Assembly (NCBI GenBank): GCA_048938105.1
Contig: JBHLMN010000012.1
Coordinates: 141,158 to 205,157, forward strand
DNA from: Promethearchaeota archaeon
GTDB taxonomy: Archaea > Asgardarchaeota > Heimdallarchaeia > Hodarchaeales > Hodarchaeaceae
DNA: 64,000 nt
Reading direction: 5' to 3'
Every line of letters begins with the position of its first letter. The stretch's first letter is position 1. This document shows, one piece after another, positions 30,770 through 41,608 of this stretch. The notes below the pieces were generated by a model. It was not told the origin of the DNA and did not search any database. It was given only the letters and a program-made list of their open reading frames with translations. Both the position numbers and the translations under genes were made by a program.

Positions 30770-31426
30770 ATGCAAGTACACATAACACCTGATTTAAAAA
30801 GAGTATATCCAGAATCGTCATTCGGGAGTCTAATCGTAAGAAATATACCGAATAGGAAGATTCATGAAGCATTGGAAGAGATTAAGCGAGACTTAGAGAG
30901 AAGTATAAGAGAAGAATATGAAGAAGTGGACAATGACAGCATGATACAGAATTACAATTCTTATTTCAAGAAGTGGAACAAAATATATCCCATAGAGTAC
31001 CAGATTAAAACAATAAGAAGTGGGGGAAAGTTTCCTCAAGTTTCTGTGCTAGTTGATAGCATGTTTGTTGCAGAGCTGTTTAATAGAATTTTAACCTCAG
31101 GACATGATCTTGAAGAAATCCACGGGGATTTAACATTCGATATCTCAAGAGAAGGGGAACGTTATCTTAAGTTAAATGGTCAGGAACAGAAATTGAAGAA
31201 GAATGATGTGGTTCTTAGAGATAACGAGGGACTACTTGCATGTATTCTGTATGGACCAGCAAGAAGAACATCTATAACGCTCAAGACCAAGGATGCTCTT
31301 TATTTCGCTTGGTGCCCCTATATGACCGATGAAGAGCTTATCATGTCTCATTTGAAGAAAATCTACGAAAATTTGAGTAGTGTGTTTGAATCTGTATTCT
31401 CTGAAAGTCAATTGATTCGATCCTAA
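30770..31426 (+). CDS. B3/4 domain protein (PheRS beta-related, tRNA-editing-like)
   Basis: FPQVSVLVD, GHDL..I.GDL, D.EG....ILYGP..RT.IT. Confidence 0.78.
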   Translation: MQVHITPDLKRVYPESSFGSLIVRNIPNRKIHEALEEIKRDLERSIREEYEEVDNDSMIQNYNSYFKKWNKIYPIEYQIKTIRSGGKFPQVSVLVDSMFVAELFNRILTSGHDLEEIHGDLTFDISREGERYLKLNGQEQKLKKNDVVLRDNEGLLACILYGPARRTSITLKTKDALYFAWCPYMTDEELIMSHLKKIYENLSSVFESVFSESQLIRS

Positions 31427-31584
31427 TTGAACTCTTTCTGCTATGTGATTGAACGATCTTTACTGGCACTATTTCAAGTTATAATATTCCAATATAGGGC
31501 AGAAGTAACTGTCATCTAAAGCTATATAATCGAGATATTCTGTTATGACATAATAGTTACCAAAATTTTCCCAGACGGATTGAG

Positions 31585-32403
31585 ATGGAATCCTATATTG
31601 TCTGTAAATTGTGTGGGGAAAAAAATAGTACAAATTTTTCTTTTTGTAAAAAATGTGGTTCAGAACTTCCCATAACGGAAATTTTCCGCCCTTTTCCTGA
31701 TCAAGAACTTCCAGATGTGCTCGATCGTGAGGAGAGAGAGTTTACTGAAATTTCTTTTAATATTGAGAAGTCAGGTTCTATTGAGGAGATCTATAGAATC
31801 ACCTATCCTGATGATCGTGTTTTCATCATTGCACGAAGATCTGCTCGTAATCGAATTGGAATTTATGCTTTCTTTGGAATTACTTTTGTAGTAATTGCAT
31901 TATGGGGGATATTCTATAGCTTCGTTGACTCTCCTGACTTTGGTGAAGCTTTTGTTAATTACTTGATCTCAGGTGTAATTCAAATTTTTCTCATTCTCAG
32001 TTTAATGGTAATAATTAATTTTTATAGAGGTTTACGTCGTATTACTGTTTATAACGAAAACGAAATGGTGATTGGAAGAATTAGAGGCAATCTTTTTTTC
32101 ACTCGATGGCGGGTCTCAGAATTATCGAGAATAAACAATGCAACATTTCGATTTGGTCTCTTTCGTTCAACAGGGGAAATGAAAACATCTTTTGGATCTT
32201 TCTCCGTGGATGTAACTAGAGAAACCACTTCTGTGAATGATATGAATGGTGAGCTTTGTTTTTCTGTCCGTTCTCTAGATTCTATCTATGTACGGAGGAG
32301 ATTTCAGATTGATTCAAAAGCCAAATTAGATCCTTTATTGATCTGTTTAGCGTCAATCTGTATTATTGAACGGATGTTTCGACCAAAAGCTGAACCTGAC
32401 TGA
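31585..32403 (+). CDS. Zinc-ribbon plus TM hairpin plus LURP/scramblase-like beta domain protein
   Basis: CKLCG..FCKKCG; two TM helices; RITVYNEN..VIGRIR; C-terminal helix DPLLICLASICII. Confidence 0.55.
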   Translation: MESYIVCKLCGEKNSTNFSFCKKCGSELPITEIFRPFPDQELPDVLDREEREFTEISFNIEKSGSIEEIYRITYPDDRVFIIARRSARNRIGIYAFFGITFVVIALWGIFYSFVDSPDFGEAFVNYLISGVIQIFLILSLMVIINFYRGLRRITVYNENEMVIGRIRGNLFFTRWRVSELSRINNATFRFGLFRSTGEMKTSFGSFSVDVTRETTSVNDMNGELCFSVRSLDSIYVRRRFQIDSKAKLDPLLICLASICIIERMFRPKAEPD

Positions 32404-32567
32404 TGATCTTATTTTCAAGTGGGAACTGGTAAAGGTAACAATACGAAAGTAGTTGCAGAGCAGGTTAAACCTGATGAAAAAGTTTTATCTTATCATATGA
32501 ATTATAGAAAAGATTTGGAAATCTAATTTCCAGTCATCTAGAAAGTCTAAAGCACTACACTCATCTT

Positions 32568-33323
32568 TCATTCTATTAATGGAAAAATCTCGTATAATTC
32601 TTTTGCTCTTGCGATATTATTTAATATATCAGTCTTATTGGGGGGTGTTGTTTCTTCTTTTGCTGCAATTCGTGTTAACCGCTTATGTAATTCGTCTGGG
32701 TCGCTTTTTGCTAGTTTCTCTACTCCCGTTATACCTGCTTCATGATATTTCATTGCTAATATTTTTCCAATATACATTAATCGCATTAAATCAGCATATT
32801 CTACTAGTGTTTGCAGAGTTTCTGAATCTATCCCTATTTTTTGAGTTAATGTCTCTCTTGCTTCTCTAGAAGCAGTTCTGTCCAATAAATTCCATGTATT
32901 TTTTATATTCACGTTTTTTAGTTTTTCTATCAAGTTATCATCAATTATATGGTCTGGTAATTTTTTGAATGAATGCTTCTGTGGATGAAGGGATCGTATT
33001 TTACGCATAAATCCTAATAATTGCCTAGAAGAATCTTCATGGCGTTCTAGTATTGGTTGAACTTTCTTTCGAGTCCTTACAACTTGTAATATTTGAGTTG
33101 TATTGATTAATCCTTCCCTCTGCAAAATACGTAAGATTTCATTCAAATGAGGGGTAAAAAGTTGATATTCTTCTCTTCTCATTCGTTGAAACATCGCATT
33201 TAGGTCTTCAAGGGTGTATTCTACTTCAGAATGGAATTTTTTACGCAATAGACAACACTCAGTGAAAAATTGGAATTCATTACCAAAAAATCTGTGAGAT
33301 TGGAATACAGTCTCATTCCTCAA
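32568..33323 (-). CDS. DUF4332 (HhH-like) domain protein; start uncertain
   Basis: LVEYADLMRLMYIG....Y.EAGI..VEKLA..DP..L; the track start (33404) would run through the neighbouring operator, so a later start is assumed. Confidence 0.65.
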   Translation of the reverse strand: MRNETVFQSHRFFGNEFQFFTECCLLRKKFHSEVEYTLEDLNAMFQRMRREEYQLFTPHLNEILRILQREGLINTTQILQVVRTRKKVQPILERHEDSSRQLLGFMRKIRSLHPQKHSFKKLPDHIIDDNLIEKLKNVNIKNTWNLLDRTASREARETLTQKIGIDSETLQTLVEYADLMRLMYIGKILAMKYHEAGITGVEKLAKSDPDELHKRLTRIAAKEETTPPNKTDILNNIARAKELYEIFPLIE

Positions 33324-33343
33324 TCTTAAGTTTTTTAAAGGGA

Positions 33344-33382
33344 TGTTAGAAATATATAACATAATGTTAGAAATAATTAACA
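33344..33382. promoter_or_regulatory. Two tandem TGTTA-N8-TAACA palindromes, putative XRE operator
   Basis: 33344-33361 and 33365-33382, 21-bp period, directly before an ABC operon that ends in an XRE gene. Confidence 0.7.
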
Positions 33383-33392
33383 AATCATCCTG

Positions 33393-34130
33393 GTGAACAT
33401 ACAATTGATTGAAGCCATTGACCTCACTCGAAAATATAATGGTTTCACTGCTCTAAAAGATATCAACTTTCATGTTGGAGTCGGTGAAGTTTTTGCCTAT
33501 CTAGGCCCTAATGGTGCTGGTAAAACTACTACTGTAAATATATTTGTTACATTGTTAACACCTACATATGGTAAGGCGACTGTTGCAGGCTATAATGTTG
33601 CGACAGAGGGAGAAAAGATTAGGCCATTGATAGGTTATGTCCCCGAGGATTTCGGTCTTTATCCTAGTTTAACAATTAGTGAAAATCTCGATTTTACTGG
33701 ACGTTTGTATAAAATCACTAAAGCTAAAAGGAAAGGGACAATTGAGGAATTAATCGATTTTTTCGACCTTTGGGAAAAAAAAGACACTCCTATTTCAACT
33801 CTCTCAAAAGGTACGAAACAAAAAGTAAATCTAGCTAGAGCCTTAATGCATAATCCAAAGATTCTCTTTTTAGATGAACCTACATCAGGCCTTGATCCTC
33901 TCATGGCAAAGGAAGTCCTAAATTTAATCCGTAAACTAAAAAAAGAGAATAGAACTATATTAATGACGACTCATCTTTTGAATCGGGCAGAAAAAGTCTG
34001 TGATTCGGTCGCGCTCATTTCTAAAGGTGAGATTCTCTGTGAGGGGAAAATTCCCCAAGTCAAAAGTAAATTAAAAACCTCTTCACTAGAAGATGTATAT
34101 TTCGCAATAGTAGGTGAGAATCATGATTGA
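33393..34130 (+). CDS. ABC-2 type exporter ATP-binding subunit
   Basis: GPNGAGKTT, LSKGTKQ, FLDEP, TTH. Confidence 0.95.
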   Translation: MNIQLIEAIDLTRKYNGFTALKDINFHVGVGEVFAYLGPNGAGKTTTVNIFVTLLTPTYGKATVAGYNVATEGEKIRPLIGYVPEDFGLYPSLTISENLDFTGRLYKITKAKRKGTIEELIDFFDLWEKKDTPISTLSKGTKQKVNLARALMHNPKILFLDEPTSGLDPLMAKEVLNLIRKLKKENRTILMTTHLLNRAEKVCDSVALISKGEILCEGKIPQVKSKLKTSSLEDVYFAIVGENHD

Positions 34131-34806
34131 TATGGCAGTAACAATTTGTAAGAAGGAATTAAAAATCCGTTTCGGGTCAAAACGAGTTCTTCTACCAATG
34201 TTGTTCTCGATTGGACTACCAATGTTAGTATTTCTCCCTAGATTACAAGAATCTTTTTCTCAAATTGGACCTGAGAGTGAATATTTCCGCTTTTTATTCT
34301 TCTTGATCCTTCCTGTTATGGTGACGACTCTAGTTGGTATCAATACCTTCATCAATGAAATAAGGTGGAAAACAATTAAACCTCTGCTTGTGGCTCCAAT
34401 CTCTGAGGAAGAGATTTTTTTAGGGAAAAGTATGGCTTGTATCGTTGTAGGATTAGTTACAGAAGCGTTATTGTCAGGGGTGATTCTTTTCTCTCTAAAC
34501 TCGGTAGATGAATCAGTAATCTTTTTGTTAATCGCAATTGGGCCTCTTTCAGTGATTTTTACTACTTTCATTTTCACAATCGGAACATCAAGGTTTCCTG
34601 CGATTGCAGAAGGAGGTGGAGCTATCTTGATGCCTATGGGCGGATTATTAATTATTTTTATAATATTTTTATTACTAGGGTTTTTTCATATAAGTACAAT
34701 CTATGTTTATACCATTTTAACATTGATCCTAGCAACCTTTGTCGTCGTGGGCTATTTTTTAGCAAAGAGATGGTTTAGTCGGGAGCTATTAGTTCTTAGT
34801 GTATAA
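34114..34806 (+). CDS. ABC-2 permease
   Basis: EIRWKTIKPLLVAPIS..EIFLGK; 6 TM. Confidence 0.85.
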   Translation: MRIMIDMAVTICKKELKIRFGSKRVLLPMLFSIGLPMLVFLPRLQESFSQIGPESEYFRFLFFLILPVMVTTLVGINTFINEIRWKTIKPLLVAPISEEEIFLGKSMACIVVGLVTEALLSGVILFSLNSVDESVIFLLIAIGPLSVIFTTFIFTIGTSRFPAIAEGGGAILMPMGGLLIIFIIFLLLGFFHISTIYVYTILTLILATFVVVGYFLAKRWFSRELLVLSV

Positions 34807-34818
34807 GAGGTTGAAAAT

Positions 34819-35238
34819 ATGTCAATGAAAGCTCAAAAGCAAAAATCGTTTCGTTTAATAGTTCCTGCATTGATAGGGATCACTATTATTTCGATAGCTG
34901 TCTTAGGGATTTTTACACAAGATGATATATTTTATCAGTTGTTGAGTGGTTTTCTTGTCATTCCTGGTGCGATAATCCTACTCTATTCGTTAAGGGAGTT
35001 CAAAAATCGACTACTAGGAAAAGCTATTATCAAACACGATGAGAGATCTGAACGAAACAGATTAAAAGCCGCTGATTTAGGATTTAGATTTCTTCTTGTC
35101 TCTCTACTGATCTTGATTCTTCTTGATGCTATGAATGTGATTAATGAAATTATCTTTATTGCTGTGACGGGGCCTATAATTGCTGTCGGAGTTACACTGT
35201 ATTATATTGGTTATTATTGGTTCGAACAGAGAGGCTGA
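34819..35238 (+). CDS. DUF2178-like membrane protein
   Basis: DER...NRLKA motif between TM pairs; precedes the XRE gene. Confidence 0.7.
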   Translation: MSMKAQKQKSFRLIVPALIGITIISIAVLGIFTQDDIFYQLLSGFLVIPGAIILLYSLREFKNRLLGKAIIKHDERSERNRLKAADLGFRFLLVSLLILILLDAMNVINEIIFIAVTGPIIAVGVTLYYIGYYWFEQRG

Positions 35239-35249
35239 GAGGAACTCTC

Positions 35250-35450
35250 ATGAAAACACGAATTAAAGAGTATAGAGCACGTGATGATTTAACTCAGAAG
35301 GAACTCGCTGACAAAGTAGGTGTGAGAAGAGAAACTATTGTGTTTCTAGAGAAAGGAAAATATAATCCTTCTCTTAAACTCGCATATAAAATTGCAAAGG
35401 TTTTTAATGCGTCAATTGAGACTTTATTTGTCTTTGAAAACGAAGAATGA
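35250..35450 (+). CDS. XRE-family HTH transcriptional regulator
   Basis: [41 protein letters not shown]; ATG at 35250 after GAGG. Confidence 0.92.
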   Translation: MKTRIKEYRARDDLTQKELADKVGVRRETIVFLEKGKYNPSLKLAYKIAKVFNASIETLFVFENEE

Positions 35451-35612
35451 GGTTTATATTCAGAAAGGAATTTAACAGTTTTCAGATCTTTCTTCTTTAG
35501 ATTGAAACAAAATCCAAGAATCTTAAATATCTTTGGAAGGTTCTTGCATGCATCTAAAGGATTTTTATTGACACCCAACAGACATTTTCTAAAAGACTGA
35601 GATGATGTATCT

Positions 35613-36077
35613 TTGGTCGGAGATGTCGGTAATAAAAAGGAAAATGTAGATGCAGCTAGAACTAAATTTCAAACCTTTTTCATTTCAACTGGATTATCGT
35701 GTCTCATCATATGTATTCTTCTTTTAATTAGTACCGTTTTCATGCGGAATTTCAATGAATTCTTTATTACTACTTTAATGAGTGCAATTTTGTTTGGTTT
35801 TGCATTGTTTTTTGAATGGCATGGTTATTATCTTCTCCCCAAAGGTTCTGACGTGAAACGTGCCTTTTTTGGCAATCCTCTTTTATTTCAGGTTATAAGA
35901 ATAATTTACTCTGTCCCCTATCTCCTATTATGCTATAATGGGTTGATTATCGCTGGTGGGTTCAATATCAATCTCTTTATCGTATTTTTTCTCTTATTTT
36001 TCCCCTATGTTATTAGTAGAGCTACTTGGAGATGGACACGGTTACAAAATTGGCTAAGAAGTCTTGATACGTTTTAA
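35613..36077 (+). CDS. Hypothetical membrane protein
   Basis: Four hydrophobic segments. Confidence 0.5.
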   Translation: MVGDVGNKKENVDAARTKFQTFFISTGLSCLIICILLLISTVFMRNFNEFFITTLMSAILFGFALFFEWHGYYLLPKGSDVKRAFFGNPLLFQVIRIIYSVPYLLLCYNGLIIAGGFNINLFIVFFLLFFPYVISRATWRWTRLQNWLRSLDTF

Positions 36078-36182
36078 TTACAGATTTAATAAAGTTGATA
36101 TGCTCTGATCCAATCTTCTAAATTACGAAACGAACATCAAAACATTAATGAACAATTGTTAACTAAATTAATTTGAAGAAAA

Positions 36183-37268
36183 ATGAAATACTCCTATAAA
36201 ATTCTAAGTATAAATGGTATAGACCTAGAATTGCACATTACATTCATTGGCCTATTTGTATTATTGTTTATATTTACTTTTCCCCAAATCTACGCCATTG
36301 TACTCTTTGGTTTACTCTTTTTATCAGTAACAATTCATGAATTAGCTCATTCACTTCTCGCTAAACGAAATTCCTTAACCGTCAATAGAATTGTCCTTTA
36401 CCCAATCGGGGGAGCAGCACAGATTGAGGATATTCCCGATGACCCCTCTGTTGAATGGAAAGTTGCAGCAATAGGTCCTCTTTCTAGTCTTGTTATTGGT
36501 GTCTTTTTTCTTTTGATTCACTTTTTATACCCAATTCAGTTGTCTGTAACGCCGTTTTTCATTGGAACTGGATTTATTTTTCTTGACATTGGATTTCTTA
36601 ACATTATCTTAGCCATTTTTAATTTAATTCCCGCCTTTCCAATGGATGGTGGACGTGTACTTAGAGCTACTCTTACTATCTGGAAAAAAGATTTAATCGA
36701 GGCAACTCAAACCGCTGTTAGTATTGGGCGATTTTTTGCATTAATAATGTTACTCGTTGGATTGTTTAGCAACTTATGGCTTGTAATCATTGGATTTTTC
36801 ATTTATTGGGGTGCTGCTCAAGAATTAGAAGCTACAAAACTATCAGCCCTCCTCAAACCTTTGCGTGTTGGAGATGTAATGCTTTCATTCGACAATAACA
36901 TGACCGTGGCTCCTACAGTCCCATTAAATGAGGCGTTGGAAGTGATGTTCAATGCCAGAATCAGCGATCTTGTTGTTTGCAATGAAGGTGAACTTTTAGG
37001 GGTCATCACATGGGATGATATTATTAAAATACCTCCTGAATCCAGATCAAATGCAATTGTTGCTGATTTCATGATTAAACCATTGTCCATCAGTCCTGAT
37101 CGGTCAGTTTTTGATGCTTATAAGTTAATGGCAAAGAAAAAGGTACAATTAATCCCTGTTCTTGATAGTAACGCTCCTTGTAGTATTATGGGAGTGATTA
37201 CTAATCAATCTATTGCCTATGGAATTGCATTGGCCCAATCTTTTCAAAATCAGGCCCTAGGGTACTGA
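36183..37268 (+). CDS. Site-2 protease (M50) with CBS domain pair
   Basis: HELAH, AIGP, FNLIPAFPMDGG, two C-terminal CBS repeats. Confidence 0.93.
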   Translation: MKYSYKILSINGIDLELHITFIGLFVLLFIFTFPQIYAIVLFGLLFLSVTIHELAHSLLAKRNSLTVNRIVLYPIGGAAQIEDIPDDPSVEWKVAAIGPLSSLVIGVFFLLIHFLYPIQLSVTPFFIGTGFIFLDIGFLNIILAIFNLIPAFPMDGGRVLRATLTIWKKDLIEATQTAVSIGRFFALIMLLVGLFSNLWLVIIGFFIYWGAAQELEATKLSALLKPLRVGDVMLSFDNNMTVAPTVPLNEALEVMFNARISDLVVCNEGELLGVITWDDIIKIPPESRSNAIVADFMIKPLSISPDRSVFDAYKLMAKKKVQLIPVLDSNAPCSIMGVITNQSIAYGIALAQSFQNQALGY

Positions 37269-37372
37269 TCATTCATTCTCTTCTTTTTTAATCCTCTATG
37301 CGGATAAGTAAGATTTTAAGTGAAAAAATACTCTAGTAAAAATTAACTAAAGAAAAATGGAAGTTAAATTAG

Positions 37373-37771
37373 ATGACAGATTACGAAATCAGCGTTGTTT
37401 TGAAAGAAAACTTTGACACAGTAGTTATAAAAACTATTGAAGCCTTAAAAAAGGAAGGTTTTGGAGTTCTAACGGAAATTGACGTGAAAAAGACCCTTAA
37501 AGAAAAACTAAATGTTGAATTCGAACGTTATGTGATTTTAGGGGCCTGCAATCCCCCATTTTCTAAAAGAGTTCTTGATATTGAACGAGAAATTGGGCTT
37601 CTCTTACCTTGTAACATCATTGTTCAGGAATTGCAGAAGAAAAAAACAACAAAAGTTGCTGCAATAGATCCAGAACGAATGTTCAAGATGATTGGGAATC
37701 CTCAAATGGAACCTATTGCTAAAGAAGTGAAAACTAAACTTCAGCGGGTCATTAGCTCATTAATTGAATAA
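37373..37771 (+). CDS. DUF302 domain protein
   Basis: EGFGVLTEID, ILGACNP, IGLLLPCN. Confidence 0.88.
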   Translation: MTDYEISVVLKENFDTVVIKTIEALKKEGFGVLTEIDVKKTLKEKLNVEFERYVILGACNPPFSKRVLDIEREIGLLLPCNIIVQELQKKKTTKVAAIDPERMFKMIGNPQMEPIAKEVKTKLQRVISSLIE

Positions 37772-38105
37772 TTAACCTTTTGTTTATCTGATCTCTTTAT
37801 TTTTTCTATTTTTTATTATCCCGACAAGAATCTATTCGTTAAAAAAGGTTTAGCCTCGTTAATGTGGTTTTACTGGACTTATAGAAATAAATGACATTAT
37901 TTCTCAACATTAGCTATTTCTATATCAAATCAATTATGTCACTTGTTGGTGGAATATGTCACATTTAAATATCATACTTCTTTATTAAATAGTGTGTTTG
38001 ATGATTATTTGTTGGTAATACCAATATAAACTGGGAAGAATTAAGAATTTCTTCTTCCTATTTTCTCCCGACAAAATCTAATGTTCTAAATAGAGAGATT
38101 AAAAA

Positions 38106-38687
38106 ATGACGGTATTTAAGATAGCATTAATTGGTGATGGTGGGGTTGGTAAAACATCGATCCGTGAGCGCTATTTAGGGAATGGATTTAAGACGCAATA
38201 TCTTCTGACTGTTGGCGCTGATTTTGCCATGCGGGATGATCATATTAATGGATATCAAGTCCGATACCAAATATGGGACTTAGCTGGGCAACAACGCTTC
38301 GATGGTGTCAGAGAAGCCTATTACACTGGCTGTGTTGGAGCTTTATTAGTGTATGATGTCTCCCGTCCCGATTCGTTCTTCAACATGCCTAAATGGATTA
38401 ATGAGCTATGGACAAATAATGGTCGAGGCCGTGTCCCTATTGTTGTCGTGGCTAATAAGATCGATTTGTGTGATACTTTAGATAACACCGTCTCTCCTCT
38501 TCAGGGCCGAACTTTTACAAAAAATCTTAGTAATCTCACTGAACCTGATGGTTTTATGTGCCATTTTATTGAGACTTCCGCTAAGACTGGGATAAATGTA
38601 CCTCAAGCTTTTTCTGTTCTTGGTGTAAATATTCTGAAATTCATAGAAAATCACCGAATGACTCCATTATTGACATTGTATTCATAA
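38106..38687 (+). CDS. Rab-like small GTPase
   Basis: G1 GDGGVGKT, switch I TVGADF, G3 WDLAGQ, G4 NKID, G5 ETSAK. Confidence 0.93.
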   Translation: MTVFKIALIGDGGVGKTSIRERYLGNGFKTQYLLTVGADFAMRDDHINGYQVRYQIWDLAGQQRFDGVREAYYTGCVGALLVYDVSRPDSFFNMPKWINELWTNNGRGRVPIVVVANKIDLCDTLDNTVSPLQGRTFTKNLSNLTEPDGFMCHFIETSAKTGINVPQAFSVLGVNILKFIENHRMTPLLTLYS

Positions 38688-38840
38688 AAGTCGGAATACA
38701 TTTGTTAGAATAAAAATATTAGGGCACAAAAACACATTTGCTTCATTCGTGACAGAGTAACATTCATTCTTGTGACTAGAAAAAACTCTTTATGAGTTTG
38801 AATTGAGTCTTTTCAAATATCATATCCCTTCAAAGGGAAG

Positions 38841-39455
38841 TTGAAAAAACTTCACCGAATAAAAAGAGGAAATTTGATATCAATGAAACACCAATGTATT
38901 TGTCCTCATTGTGGAAGGAGACATTCTTATCATGAGTCTATTCCTAAGAATCAGAAGAACAATCGGATTGCGTTATTCATTGATGGAGGGAATTTATATC
39001 ACGCAGCTAAACTCCTCGGATTTAAAGTCGATTTTTTACGGTTAAAAACTTATTTTGTTTCTAAGGAAATGAATTTATTCCAGGCATTCTATTATTCTGC
39101 TTATGATCCCTCTGAAGGGTTTATTATGAAGATCCTCGATTGGTTGAGGTATAATGGATTCACAGTTGTAACCAAAGAAGTAAAAAAAATAACCCATTCT
39201 TATATAAAGGGGAATATGGATGTAGAACTTGTTGTTGATATGTTGCTTAATTTAGACAGATATGATATCGCTGTCCTGTTTTCTGGAGATGGTGATTTTA
39301 CTCGATGTGTTTCAGAACTCCAAAAAAATAGTAAACATATCTGGGTGGTAAGTACGGAAAAATCTGATCCTCCATTGTTAGCTCATGAATTGAGAGTCCA
39401 AGCTGACACTTTTATTGAATTAGCTGATATAATTCCCCATATAAGTCAGAATTAA
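38841..39455 (+). CDS. NYN domain (LabA/DUF88, PIN-like) protein with N-terminal CxCxxC..H motif
   Basis: FIDGGN, KGNMDVELVVD, SGDGDF, LRVQADTFI; start may be the ATG near 38883. Confidence 0.88.
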   Translation: MKKLHRIKRGNLISMKHQCICPHCGRRHSYHESIPKNQKNNRIALFIDGGNLYHAAKLLGFKVDFLRLKTYFVSKEMNLFQAFYYSAYDPSEGFIMKILDWLRYNGFTVVTKEVKKITHSYIKGNMDVELVVDMLLNLDRYDIAVLFSGDGDFTRCVSELQKNSKHIWVVSTEKSDPPLLAHELRVQADTFIELADIIPHISQN

Positions 39456-39618
39456 CTTGTTTTTCTGTTCTATGCACTAATTGGCCATTTTTCCCAATAT
39501 AAATAAACGACAGATGACTCTTATGTCTTAATCGTCTCTTGAAAATTGAATCAATCTAAGTACTAATAATGGAAATCATAAGCGAACTTTGATATTAACC
39601 GTTAGAAAGTGATTAGAA

Positions 39619-40191
39619 ATGAATTTAAAGACCTTTGCTATTGAAACTTTTGAGATTGCAGAATGGAATGTTTTAAAATCTATATTCCGATTGAAATCCA
39701 AAGATTTTGAGGTGCAAATAAAACCATATTTTAATCCTATTAGGTGGATTATTGGGCACCTTACAATGCACATGGACACCATTTTCAACCACTTATGTCT
39801 TGGAGAAAGAAAGCTCAGTCAAGAATTCCGAGATTATTTCAATTTGGGTCCAGAAAGAGAGAAAGAGAAAGAGTTCCCTATTTCTTACAGGGAGTTAATT
39901 GATACATTTCTTGAATTTTCTCAAATAAGTTTGAACTATCTTTATAATTTGCCAGAAGAAAAATTCACCGATTTACCAGAAAAAAATGATGAAAAAAATA
40001 CTGAAACTGTATGTGAGTTAATTCAAAGGATTTCTTTACATTTTTTAGGACATACTGGACAAATTTATATGATTAAAAGGGAACTAGGTAAGGGAGGGTA
40101 TTTTGTTACAGGTGTAAAGAAGGACAATCGGGATACAAGTAGGATTAAGTGGATAAAGTGGTGGAATGCAAATAAAGATAATTATCAGTAG
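39619..40191 (+). CDS. DinB/YfiT-family protein
   Basis: NPIRWIIGHL, HFLGHTGQI. Confidence 0.8.
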   Translation: MNLKTFAIETFEIAEWNVLKSIFRLKSKDFEVQIKPYFNPIRWIIGHLTMHMDTIFNHLCLGERKLSQEFRDYFNLGPEREKEKEFPISYRELIDTFLEFSQISLNYLYNLPEEKFTDLPEKNDEKNTETVCELIQRISLHFLGHTGQIYMIKRELGKGGYFVTGVKKDNRDTSRIKWIKWWNANKDNYQ

Positions 40192-40205
40192 TTTTCAGAA
40201 GGTTA

Positions 40206-41021
40206 CTAAAGTTTCTTTCCCACAAAGAGCCCATAACCCATATATTTCGGAAGTTCTTTTGGAGCAGATTTCACTTCCTTTACAAATTCACGATATCTTT
40301 TAGATCTAAGAGCCGAGATTAGAGATCGAGTTATGTTTCTAAAAAAGTGTCGCCACCCATAGCGTTTGATATGTTCCCAAAATTCACTCCTAGTTTTGAT
40401 GGAATGAGTCTGTTTGATTAAAATTTCAAGATTAGCATTGTTTAGAAGGGTAATCCAATCATTGGTTATCATTATTTCACCCCTGAACCATTGACTTTTT
40501 ACCAAAGTATCCATTATTTCCTTGGGGGGTGATTCGCCTAATAATAATGATTCGTTTAACCCTATATAGCCACCTGTTTTTGTAACACGCACAAATTCGT
40601 TTATAGCTTTTTGTTTATTCTCAACGAAGGAAAGAACAGATTCAGTCATTACAATATCAAATAAATTGTCTTCAAAAGGCAGATCAACTGCATCAGCAAC
40701 TTTTAATTTGACAAAATCCATTACTTTTTTTTGTGCTACTCGCTTCGTTGCCTGTTGAATCATTCGTTCTGATATGTCTATACCTGTTATCTGAACCTTG
40801 TATTTTTTAGCAATATGACTAGCAGTTGCCCCAACACCACAACCCACATCGAGAATTTTTGAATTATCAGTTATGTGACACATTTCCAGCAGTTCATCAG
40901 TAGATTTGATACCTCCCATGTGTTTGGAAACATCAAAAAAGGCCTGCATCTCAAATAGCGGAAATTCTAAGTTAAATATTTCATCTAACTCAGATTTCTT
41001 AATGCCTTTTTCTTCAATCAT
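40206..41021 (-). CDS. Class I SAM-dependent methyltransferase
   Basis: LDVGCGVG, GIDIS, ADA..LPF.DN.FD, RVTKTGG. Confidence 0.92.
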   Translation of the reverse strand: MIEEKGIKKSELDEIFNLEFPLFEMQAFFDVSKHMGGIKSTDELLEMCHITDNSKILDVGCGVGATASHIAKKYKVQITGIDISERMIQQATKRVAQKKVMDFVKLKVADAVDLPFEDNLFDIVMTESVLSFVENKQKAINEFVRVTKTGGYIGLNESLLLGESPPKEIMDTLVKSQWFRGEIMITNDWITLLNNANLEILIKQTHSIKTRSEFWEHIKRYGWRHFFRNITRSLISALRSKRYREFVKEVKSAPKELPKYMGYGLFVGKKL

Positions 41022-41179
41022 GGCTTTCTGGCTTCCTACATAAGTTTAGTCTTATTAATTCAAATAATGTTCACATATGAAACCAATGGGTTTTAACAGT
41101 ATTTGAACCTTTCTCCCTCAAACTAAGCCAGAAGATTCTGAGAATCCTGATAAATAATCGGTTTTTTTAGATCCATATT

Positions 41180-41608
41180 TTAAATAAGTTCTTCTGCTCG
41201 AATTGTTGATCTTAAAATATCCAACAGAGTTTTATCATAGGTTCCTGTTAATAAAAATGCTTGGAATATTCCTAGTAGTAGATGGCCCAAGATATCACTC
41301 CAAGGCAGGAACGGGGTAATGATTAATACCCATATAATTCCGAATAGTAATCCAATCTTTACAAAAAGCTCTTTACTAAGAATAAGCACAGCTACAATAA
41401 ATTCAAATACGACAATCAGGAAGACAATTAATTTTTCATTTGGGATGACAATTTGTACAAGAAATTCCTTATAAATAGAAAGATGAACATTTTCAAGGCA
41501 TACAGTCCATAAATATTGAGTATTGTGAATTGTATGGAAAAGATTGGCAAAACATGAAATTAAGTAAAATATTCCTAAACCTATTCTGCCTGTATTATGT
41601 GCGATCAT
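41180..41608 (-). CDS. DoxX-like membrane protein, hypothetical
   Basis: Four hydrophobic segments; FEFIVAVLIL. Confidence 0.5.
   Translation of the reverse strand: MIAHNTGRIGLGIFYLISCFANLFHTIHNTQYLWTVCLENVHLSIYKEFLVQIVIPNEKLIVFLIVVFEFIVAVLILSKELFVKIGLLFGIIWVLIITPFLPWSDILGHLLLGIFQAFLLTGTYDKTLLDILRSTIRAEELI

Noticed and set aside
33324-33404. ORF-track start of the DUF4332 gene
   Set aside because: It overlaps the divergent ATPase start and runs through a double palindromic operator.
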